A DNA stretch of 64,000 nucleotides from an uncultured Verrucomicrobia subdivision 3 bacterium (GTDB taxonomy: Bacteria; Verrucomicrobiota; Verrucomicrobiia; Limisphaerales; UBA11358), in assembly GCA_903889895.1 (NCBI GenBank), contig CAISYZ010000257.1:6196-70195 (forward strand), given 5' to 3'. Below, one piece after another: positions 57,015 to 64,000 of this stretch (position 1 is the stretch's first letter; each line of letters begins with the position of its first letter). Position numbers and translations under genes: made by a program. The notes below the pieces were generated by a model. The model was not told where the DNA came from. It searched no databases and saw only the letters and a list, made by a program, of their open reading frames with translations.

Positions 57015-58229
57015 ATGCAAACTCCTGAACAAGCTTCGCTTTTGGAAACCACCGCCACGCTGACCGTCAAGATCATCGGCGTGGGCAACGCCGCGGACGC
57101 GCTGCTCGGCGCGCTCGCCACGCCGGAATTCGCCGCCGCGCAGTTCATCAGCGTGAACAGCGATGCCGCCGCGCTCGCCGCGTCGTCCGCCACGGTGAAG
57201 ATCAATCTCGAAAACAAACTGCTGCGCGGCCTCGGCACCGGCGGCGACCCCGAACGCGGGCAGGCGCTGGCCGAGGAACATTTCTCCACGCTCAAAGCCG
57301 CCTGCGAAGGCGCCAAGGTCGTGTTCATCCTGGCCGGCCTCGGCGGCGGCGCGGGCAGCGGCATTTCGCCCGTGCTGGCGAAGGCCGCGCGCGAGGCGGG
57401 CGCGCTGGTGCTGGCGTTTGTCACGCTGCCGTTCGAATGCGAGGGCAACCGCCGCGAGGCGCAGGCCCAGGCGGCGCTGGCGCAATTGAAGGCCGCCGCC
57501 GACGGCGTCATCTGCCTGCCGAGCCAGAAAATCTTCAAGCTGATCAATGAGCACACCGGCATCGTGGAGACGTTCAAGTTCAGCGGCGGCTTCCTGCTGG
57601 AAGGCGTGCGCGGCGTGTGGCAGTTGCTCACGCGGCCCGGGCTCATCCAGGTTCACTTTGACGACCTGCGCCAGTTGCTCCACGAACGCCATGCGGAGAA
57701 CGCCTTTGCGTTCGTCGAGGCGGCCGGCGCGGGGCGCGCGCGCGAGGCGGTGGAGAAAATCATCGCGCATCCGCTGCTCGACGAGGGCCGCGTGCTGGCG
57801 GAATCCGACGCCGTGCTGGTGAGCCTCATTGCCGGCAAGGATTTGACGATGGCCGAGGTCAACCGCGTGATGGAGCAGGTGCGCCGCCAGTGCGCCCACG
57901 CGCAGATCATCATGGGCGCGGCGGTGGACGCGGCGCTCAAGGAAAAACTCTGCGTCACCATCATCGCCGCCCGGCAAAGCGCGGCGCCCACGAATCTCTC
58001 GCCGCGCACCGAGACGCGTTCCCCGGCGACGACCACGACCGTTCACCGCGAACCCGCCGCCTCGCGCCCGGTGACCAAGCGGCGATCCGGCGGCAGCAAG
58101 GCCATCCAGACGCAACTGCCGCTGAGCATCATCTCCAAGGGGCGGTTCGACAAGAGCGAGCCGACCAAGCACAACGGCGAGGATTTGGACATCCCGACCT
58201 TCATCCGCCGCGGCGTGCCGCTGAATTGA
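57015..58229 (+). CDS. ftsZ: Cell division protein FtsZ (divergent motifs)
   Basis: GLGGGAGSG, PF..EG..R, C-terminal DIPTFIRR, position after ftsA. Confidence 0.88.
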   Translation: MQTPEQASLLETTATLTVKIIGVGNAADALLGALATPEFAAAQFISVNSDAAALAASSATVKINLENKLLRGLGTGGDPERGQALAEEHFSTLKAACEGAKVVFILAGLGGGAGSGISPVLAKAAREAGALVLAFVTLPFECEGNRREAQAQAALAQLKAAADGVICLPSQKIFKLINEHTGIVETFKFSGGFLLEGVRGVWQLLTRPGLIQVHFDDLRQLLHERHAENAFAFVEAAGAGRAREAVEKIIAHPLLDEGRVLAESDAVLVSLIAGKDLTMAEVNRVMEQVRRQCAHAQIIMGAAVDAALKEKLCVTIIAARQSAAPTNLSPRTETRSPATTTTVHREPAASRPVTKRRSGGSKAIQTQLPLSIISKGRFDKSEPTKHNGEDLDIPTFIRRGVPLN

Positions 58230-58231
58230 AT

Positions 58232-58570
58232 TCAATTCTTCGTCCAGGCGGCGAGGACGTTGTTGGTGCCGAAGGTCAGGCGCAGGTAGCTGGCCTGCGC
58301 GGTGCGGGCGGGCGGAAGGAGATTCGCGCTGGCGGCGTGGTAATGGAAATCGTCATCGTTGTCCGCCGGGGCGGGCGCGGCGCGGGAAATCCATTCGGCG
58401 ACGAGCCGGCCATCCGGCTGTTTCTCCATCCGGTCGGGCGCGCCCAGATAACCGGTGGCCTGGTCAAAGGTCAGTTCCCCCACCTGATGGCTCCAGTCCA
58501 TTTCCGCCGTGGCGCAGCCAGCCAGCAGCAGGGCCGCGCCGAGCAGGCTGGCGGTAAGATGTTTTTTCAT
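58232..58570 (-). CDS. Small lipoprotein
   Basis: MKK...LLAGC lipobox. Confidence 0.75.
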   Translation of the reverse strand: MKKHLTASLLGAALLLAGCATAEMDWSHQVGELTFDQATGYLGAPDRMEKQPDGRLVAEWISRAAPAPADNDDDFHYHAASANLLPPARTAQASYLRLTFGTNNVLAAWTKN

Positions 58571-59478
58571 GGGAGCTTCAAAGTGACCAGCAGCGGACGA
58601 TGGTCGGAGCCAACGCCCCAATCGGGAAGGTTCGGGATATAAGTGGCTTCCGTGATGCGGCGGTTTTTCAGGGTGGCGCTCAACAGGAGATAATCAATGC
58701 GGCTGAAGGTGTCATTCTTGCCATAATAATAAGTCCAGACGCTGCGGCGCGGAACCAAATACGGCGGCTCGCCGGCGGCGTGATCGCCGTTGCGCTCGGC
58801 GGGACGCGGGTCGGTGAGTTGCCGGGCGCCGTGGCCGATGACTTCCTTGACGGCGGCGGAATCCGGCGTGTCGTTGAAATCACCGGCCACCACGAGGTTC
58901 GCCGCGGGTTCGCGGGCGAGCCGCGCGTCGAGGAGGCCGCGCAGCACTTTCGCCTCGCCCAGCCGCTCCTCGGCTTCATCCGCCTCGGCGGTGGTGAGGT
59001 GCGATTTCAAATGCGCGACGAACAGGGTGAACACAAAATTGGTCGCCGCCTGCAGGTCCACCTCGGCGAAACCGCGTTTGACCTGAAAACGTTTGCCATC
59101 GAGCAGAAAAAAATCATTCGTGTGCGGCCGGCGCGCGACGATGGGCAGCTTGCTCAACACGGCGACATGGATGCTGGGGTCGAAGCCGCTGACGTGTTCC
59201 CAGAACGGAAAATCGAGGCCGTCGTTTTTCAGCGATGCGCGGAGTTCGAGCAGGGCGTTGGTGGTGCCCATTTCTTCGAGCGCGATAACATCGGGATTCA
59301 AGGTGCGGATGGTCTCGCGGACTTTGGCTTTCGCCTCGGCGGACTTGACGTGCGGGCGCGTGGCGGTCGGCGCGTCGAGGTAGTTTTCGACGTTGTAGGT
59401 CGCGAGGCGGACGACGGTGCCGGCGAAAGTGTTGAGGCCAGCCAGCGCCAGCACGAAGATGGCGAGACGACGGTTCAC
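58567..59478 (-). CDS. Exported endonuclease/exonuclease/phosphatase family protein
   Basis: TYNVEN, GDFND, RIDY, SDHRP. Confidence 0.9.
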   Translation of the reverse strand: MNRRLAIFVLALAGLNTFAGTVVRLATYNVENYLDAPTATRPHVKSAEAKAKVRETIRTLNPDVIALEEMGTTNALLELRASLKNDGLDFPFWEHVSGFDPSIHVAVLSKLPIVARRPHTNDFFLLDGKRFQVKRGFAEVDLQAATNFVFTLFVAHLKSHLTTAEADEAEERLGEAKVLRGLLDARLAREPAANLVVAGDFNDTPDSAAVKEVIGHGARQLTDPRPAERNGDHAAGEPPYLVPRRSVWTYYYGKNDTFSRIDYLLLSATLKNRRITEATYIPNLPDWGVGSDHRPLLVTLKLP

Positions 59479-59601
59479 GCCGGCAGGTTAAATCCGGCGG
59501 GCGGGGGACAAAAGCAAAACTGCCAAAAAATATTTGAAAATAGTTTGAACGATTTCCGGACCCGCCCGGTCTATTTAATCGATTGGATTGGGTTTGGGTT
59601 G

Positions 59602-59644
59602 AAGCGCCTGACTTTTATTGGGTTTTAGTCAGGCGCTTTTTTTT
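59602..59644 (+). terminator. Intrinsic terminator directly upstream of folE2
   Basis: AAGCGCCTGACT/AGTCAGGCGCTT stem plus T run. Confidence 0.7.
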
Positions 59645-59676
59645 GCCAAAATCGGCAAAGCTGCTACTTTCTCCCC

Positions 59677-60510
59677 ATGTCTCTAACGGCCAAAAAGCAT
59701 TCGTCTCCGCTGAAGCTCGACGACAAGCAGAGCGAACGCGACACGCGCGAGCTGCGCATCGACAAGGTCGGCGTGCGCGGACTGCGCTTTCCCATCCAGG
59801 TGCGCGACCGGACGCGGCGCGTGCAGAATACGGTGGCGACGTTGGGGATGTTCGTGGATTTGCCGAAGGAATTCAAAGGCACGCACATGAGCCGGTTCGT
59901 CGAGGTGCTGCACGCCCACGGCAACATCATCCATGTGGAAAACATTTCAGCCATCCTCCACGAGCTGCAAAAAAAACTGCACTCGGCCACGTCGCACCTG
60001 GAAATCGAGTTTCCGTATTTCATGTCCAAGCGGTCGCCCGTCACCAAAAAAGAAAGCGTGATGGATTACATCGCGCGCTTCGACGCGGCGGCGTGCGGCC
60101 ACGAAACGGATTTTGTGCTGACGGTGAAGGTCAACGTCACGACGCTCTGTCCCTGCTCCAAGGCGATTGCCAAATATGGCGCGCACAACCAGCGCGGCGA
60201 GGTGACGGTGGCCTTGCGCTCGCGGAAGATTGTCTGGATCGAGGAAGTCATCGAGATGATCGAGGCCTCGGCGAGCTCGGAATTGTATTCACTGCTCAAG
60301 CGGCAGGACGAAAAGGCCGTGACCGAGCGCGCCTACGAAAACCCGGTGTTCGTCGAGGACCTGGTGCGCAATGTCGCCTTGCGGCTCAATGCGCACCCGC
60401 AGGTGACGTGGTATAAGGTCGAGGCCGAGAACTATGAGAGCATCCACAACCACAATGCTTACGCGTGTATCGAGCGTTATCCTGAGGTGCGCATCAAGGT
60501 GAAACGGTAA
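59677..60510 (+). CDS. folE2: GTP cyclohydrolase IB
   Basis: KGTHMSRF, TLCPCSK, GAHNQR, LKR.DE, ESIHNH. Confidence 0.94.
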   Translation: MSLTAKKHSSPLKLDDKQSERDTRELRIDKVGVRGLRFPIQVRDRTRRVQNTVATLGMFVDLPKEFKGTHMSRFVEVLHAHGNIIHVENISAILHELQKKLHSATSHLEIEFPYFMSKRSPVTKKESVMDYIARFDAAACGHETDFVLTVKVNVTTLCPCSKAIAKYGAHNQRGEVTVALRSRKIVWIEEVIEMIEASASSELYSLLKRQDEKAVTERAYENPVFVEDLVRNVALRLNAHPQVTWYKVEAENYESIHNHNAYACIERYPEVRIKVKR

Positions 60511-60639
60511 AAGCGGATGGCGGTGGCGGGCGGGGGCTTCAAGATAGTCAAAAATTTTTATGGATTATTTGCCGCACTTTGCTACATTCCCGCCCCTTTG
60601 AAGCATTGGCCGAAGATTCGGCCGGAACCAATTTTGTTT

Positions 60640-61242
60640 GTGACCACGAAGAAAAAAGTCGTAAAAAAAGCCGCTGCGCGCGGCAAGTCCCAGGCTGTCG
60701 CCACCGCGGCGGCCATTCTTGGCCGTCCCGTCGCCAAGGCCAGCGCTCCCGCGGTGGACTTGAAAAAAGTGAAGCCGGAATGGCAGAAATTCTGCCAGCA
60801 CTTGCTGGAGTTGCGCGAGCAGCTCACCAAGCAGATGAGCGGCCTCGCCGAGGAATCGGCGCAGGAACTCGCCGGCTACAGCCTGCACATGGCCGACTCG
60901 GGCACGGATAATTTTGACCGCGATTTCGCGTTGAGCCTGTTGTCCTCCGATCAGGACGCGGTTTACGAAATCGAGGAGGCGCTCAAGCGCATCGAGCGCA
61001 AAACCTACGGCGTTTGTGAACTGACCGGCAAATCCATCCCGAAGGCGCGGTTAGAGGCGATTCCGTGGACGCGTTTCACCGTCGAGGCGCAGGCGCAACT
61101 CGAGCGCGAAGGCGCTTTAAAATCCCGCCGGCTTGGCACGCTCGGCACGATTGATTCCGTCGGCACCACATCGGATGTTGATGGCGACGAGGATGGCGAA
61201 CATTCTGACGATCAGGTCAAGGCTAACAAAGAGAAAGAATAA
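60640..61242 (+). CDS. dksA: DksA/TraR family transcription factor lacking the 4-Cys zinc finger
   Basis: HMADSGTD, AL.RI...TYG.CE.TG..I...RLEA.PW. Confidence 0.8.
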   Translation: MTTKKKVVKKAAARGKSQAVATAAAILGRPVAKASAPAVDLKKVKPEWQKFCQHLLELREQLTKQMSGLAEESAQELAGYSLHMADSGTDNFDRDFALSLLSSDQDAVYEIEEALKRIERKTYGVCELTGKSIPKARLEAIPWTRFTVEAQAQLEREGALKSRRLGTLGTIDSVGTTSDVDGDEDGEHSDDQVKANKEKE

Positions 61243-61245
61243 TTT

Positions 61246-61413
61246 ATGGCACGTGAAGTTATCACCATTGAATGCACCGAGGCGCGTAAAGAAGGCAAGT
61301 CGCCCTCGCGCTACACCACCACCCGCAACAAGAAGCTGCAGTTGGAAAAGCTGGAAGTAAAAAAATACAATCCCGCCCTCCGCCGCCACACGTTGCACAA
61401 GGAGATCAAGTAA
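61246..61413 (+). CDS. rpmG: 50S ribosomal protein L33 (not in ORF track)
   Basis: Hand translation [55 protein letters not shown]. Confidence 0.95.
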   Translation: MAREVITIECTEARKEGKSPSRYTTTRNKKLQLEKLEVKKYNPALRRHTLHKEIK

Positions 61414-61416
61414 TTT

Positions 61417-61668
61417 ATGCCCCGCAAGACCAATACCGACAAGAAATCCGACAAGCGCGGCAACCGCGAGAACCGCACCCCGCGCCCGAAGCCGAAGTGC
61501 GATTTCACGATTGACGCGCTCGATTACAAGAACGTCAATCTGCTCAAGACGTTTGTGACCGATCAGGGTCGCATCCTCCCGCGCAAATACACCGGCCTGC
61601 CCGCGCCCTACCAGCGCCGCATGACTGCCGCCATCAAGCGCGCGCGCCAGATGCTGCTGATGAAGTAA
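61417..61668 (+). CDS. rpsR: 30S ribosomal protein S18
   Basis: DYKN..LL..F....G.ILPR..TG....QR....AIKRAR. Confidence 0.95.
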   Translation: MPRKTNTDKKSDKRGNRENRTPRPKPKCDFTIDALDYKNVNLLKTFVTDQGRILPRKYTGLPAPYQRRMTAAIKRARQMLLMK

Positions 61669-61676
61669 TTTTACCG

Positions 61677-61715
61677 CCGCCCCGTTCCGCACGTGTGGGA
61701 TGGGGCGGTTTTTTT
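61677..61715 (+). terminator. Rho-independent terminator after rpsR
   Basis: CCGCCCCGTTCCGC/GTGGGATGGGGCGG plus T7. Confidence 0.85.
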
Positions 61716-61723
61716 ATGATTTG

Positions 61724-61746
61724 TAATTGCAAATGATTTGCAATTA
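61724..61746. promoter_or_regulatory. Perfect palindrome, candidate Zur/Fur operator
   Basis: TAATTGCAAAT-G-ATTTGCAATTA upstream of ZIP-zur operon. Confidence 0.75.
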
Positions 61747-61761
61747 ATTATTGTTTATTCC

Positions 61762-62490
61762 ATGGATTATCTGGTTCTCCTTTCCAGCATTGCGCTTGGC
61801 GCGGGCACGGTTTTTGGGCTGCGTCTGACCGATGCCCGGCGCGTGAAGGTGCTGAACGCCTTCACCGGCGCTTATCTCATCGCGCTGGTCATGCTGCACC
61901 TGCTGCCAGATTTGTATGAGCCGGAAGCCGGCGTTACGCTCAAGCCGCTCGTCATCGGCGGGTTTATCCTGTTTGGTTTTTTTCTCCAAATTGCGATGGA
62001 CTCGATTTCCATGGGCATTGAGCACGGGCACGCGCACGAACTGCAGGGGCGCATGGCCTACGGCGTGCTCGCTGGCTTGTGCATTCACGCGTTTGTCGAG
62101 GCACTCGCGCTCGGCAAATCGCCGGCGCACCAGACGGCGCACGATCTGGCGGCGCACCATTTTCTGCTCGTCAGCGTCGTGGTCCATAATTATCCCATTT
62201 CCATCGCGCTGCTGGGAATGCTGCTGCAAAGTGGCATGAAAAAATCCTCCGCGCTCGCCTGTCTCGGCCTGTTCGCGGCGATGGCGCCGATTGGCATGTT
62301 CGTCAGCGGCTACACCGGCCTGGCCGTTTATTCGCGTTACTTGATGGCGATTGTCATCGGCATCTTCATGCACATCTCGACGACAATCTTGTTCGAGAGC
62401 GAAGACCACCATAAATTTCCGCTGGCAAAGATGTATGCCGTTCTCATCGGCCTGCTGCTCGGCGTGGCCAGCGTGATTTTTGAAGCGTGA
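61762..62490 (+). CDS. ZIP family metal transporter
   Basis: HLLP, HGHAH loop, H..VE, H..P motifs, multiple TMs. Confidence 0.85.
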   Translation: MDYLVLLSSIALGAGTVFGLRLTDARRVKVLNAFTGAYLIALVMLHLLPDLYEPEAGVTLKPLVIGGFILFGFFLQIAMDSISMGIEHGHAHELQGRMAYGVLAGLCIHAFVEALALGKSPAHQTAHDLAAHHFLLVSVVVHNYPISIALLGMLLQSGMKKSSALACLGLFAAMAPIGMFVSGYTGLAVYSRYLMAIVIGIFMHISTTILFESEDHHKFPLAKMYAVLIGLLLGVASVIFEA

Positions 62491-62957
62491 AGAAACCCTG
62501 CCATTGCGCCCAGCACTCGCATCAGAAGCAGGAACTTGCCTCGCTGACGACGCGCCTGCGCCGGGAGGACCGGAAGATCACCGGGCCGCGCGCCGCGATT
62601 CTGGAAATTCTGCGGCAGCATTCCCATCCGCTGACGACCAAGGAGATTTTTGCCGAGCTGCCGAAGGGCGAATGCGACCTCGTCACGATTTACCGGGCGA
62701 TGCAGCTGCTGGAAAAACTCGGGATGGTGAAGCGCTTTGACTTCGGCGACGGTGCCGCGCGGTTTGAACTCGTCGAAGAGGGCGACGATGGCCATCACCA
62801 CCATTTGATCTGCACGCAATGCGCGCAGGTGGTGGAGATCGAGGAATGTTTTCCGCCGGAAATCGAACGGCGCATCGCGCAACAAAACGGCTATCGCGCG
62901 GTGACGCACCGGCTCGAATTCTTCGGCGTCTGCCCCGACTGTCAGCGGCTGAAATGA
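62487..62957 (+). CDS. zur: Fur-family regulator, probably Zur
   Basis: T..R..IL, TIYR, HHHHLIC..C, C..C; operon with ZIP. Confidence 0.75.
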   Translation: MKKPCHCAQHSHQKQELASLTTRLRREDRKITGPRAAILEILRQHSHPLTTKEIFAELPKGECDLVTIYRAMQLLEKLGMVKRFDFGDGAARFELVEEGDDGHHHHLICTQCAQVVEIEECFPPEIERRIAQQNGYRAVTHRLEFFGVCPDCQRLK

Positions 62958-62987
62958 AAAAGGCGGCGATTGCTCGCCGCCGACATT

Positions 62988-63152
62988 TCAAACTGCTTCC
63001 TCGGTCATCCAATCGCCGAGATGCAGATACTCCCTGATTTTACGCCGCTCATGTCTGTTCTTGAGCGACTTTTTGGTATGATGTTCAGTTTTACGGAACG
63101 GATGTTTCGGATTGCGAATTACTTCGCCCATGGCTTCGATCGTTTTCATCAT
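62988..63152 (-). CDS. Small basic hypothetical protein
   Basis: 54 aa, purine-rich RBS-like sequence upstream, 'KNRHERRKIREYL'. Confidence 0.5.
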   Translation of the reverse strand: MMKTIEAMGEVIRNPKHPFRKTEHHTKKSLKNRHERRKIREYLHLGDWMTEEAV

Positions 63153-63272
63153 AGCTTTTACCTTTCGTTTTCCTTTCACCGGACTGACAGCGTAAATAAT
63201 GCCAACCATTGTCAGCCCGGAATTCAGCTTCAAATCATCAGACGCCTTACCGTCGCATCTGTTCAAAATTTT

Positions 63273-64000
63273 TCAACTGAAACAAAAAGCGCCAGAACAC
63301 CACTCGTTTTCTTCGCGTTTGGCGGCCAGTTTCAAGCCTGATTGCTCGAACGCCGCCTGCACTTTGCTGAATTCCATCGCCAAAATTCCCGCCAGCACCA
63401 GCGTGCCGCCCGGTTTCAAACGGTTGACGATGCGCTGCCGCTCGGCGATGAGCAGGTTGGAAATCAGGTTCGCACAAACCAAATCATATTGTCGCGCCGG
63501 GCGCAACGGCAATTTTGTCACGTCGCCGCGCGTCAGCTTGATTCGGTCGTCCACGCGGTTCTTGCGGGCGTTGGCGTTGGCCACGCGCACGGATTCCGGG
63601 TCAAAATCAAACGCGTGCACCGGGGCAAAGCCCAGTTTCGCCGCCGCGATGGCCAAAATCCCCGAACCTGTGCCGATGTCCAAAAAAGATTTGGTAGCCG
63701 CGACGCCTTCGTCGCGATTCGGACGGCGACGAGGCGTCGCCGCCACAATTTGCGAAAGACAAAACGAAGTCGTCGGGTGTTGGCCCGTGCCAAAACTCAA
63801 GCCGGGGTCCAGAATTACGACAGCCTGGCCTTTTTTGGGACGCTGTTTGATCCAACTCGGCTTGATGAGCAGTTCCGCACCGATTTCCAGCGGATGAAAA
63901 TGCCGCTTCCACGACTCCGCCCAATCCTCGCGCTTCACCTTGATGACTTCAACCTGGGCAGCTCCCACGTTTAGCCCGCACGCGGAGATGTTTTTCAGGC
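63273..64000 (-). CDS. prmA: Ribosomal protein L11 methyltransferase (5' end probably outside window)
   Basis: DW...WK..F.P, DPG..FGTG.H.TT, LD.G.GSGIL. Confidence 0.92.
   Translation of the reverse strand, partial: LKNISACGLNVGAAQVEVIKVKREDWAESWKRHFHPLEIGAELLIKPSWIKQRPKKGQAVVILDPGLSFGTGQHPTTSFCLSQIVAATPRRRPNRDEGVAATKSFLDIGTGSGILAIAAAKLGFAPVHAFDFDPESVRVANANARKNRVDDRIKLTRGDVTKLPLRPARQYDLVCANLISNLLIAERQRIVNRLKPGGTLVLAGILAMEFSKVQAAFEQSGLKLAAKREENEWCSGAFCFS
63694..63746. repeat. REP-like GTAG palindrome pair in frame within prmA
   Basis: GTAGCCGCGACGCCTTCGTCGCG...GCGACGAGGCGTCGCCGCCAC. Confidence 0.75.

Overview
High-GC bacterial chromosome segment, most likely Verrucomicrobia (Pedosphaera/Limisphaerales-like). 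This is inferred from a planctomycete-type cytochrome c, an H-X9-DG prepilin-type protein, verrucomicrobial C-terminal surface-protein tails and a divergent FtsZ. Core genes include dnaG, nnr, phoB-phoR, ispF, pepF, copA, ogt, queA, a dcw cluster (mraZ to ftsZ) lacking murC, murD and murE, and a folE2-dksA-rpmG-rpsR-ZIP-zur-prmA region with a zinc-sparing theme. Accessory DNA includes an XRE/P-loop/beta-helix islet, an EcoRI-type methylase plus DUF262-HNH pair, and a phosphatase/prepilin/giant surface-protein locus with Pho-box-like sites. The most unusual signal is three intergenic, degenerate tandem arrays with a 21-bp period, each with its own consensus (~7560-7780, ~25695-26005, ~34231-34482). 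Two lie upstream of uncharacterised helical proteins that share an architecture: a 50-aa aromatic/Pro-rich leader and a second Met at residue 51. Together these form a candidate undescribed array-plus-gene system. REP-like palindromes and 7-bp microsatellites are also inserted in frame in housekeeping genes. No tRNA, rRNA, CRISPR array or transposase was recognised. All calls are by eye, with no database searches.
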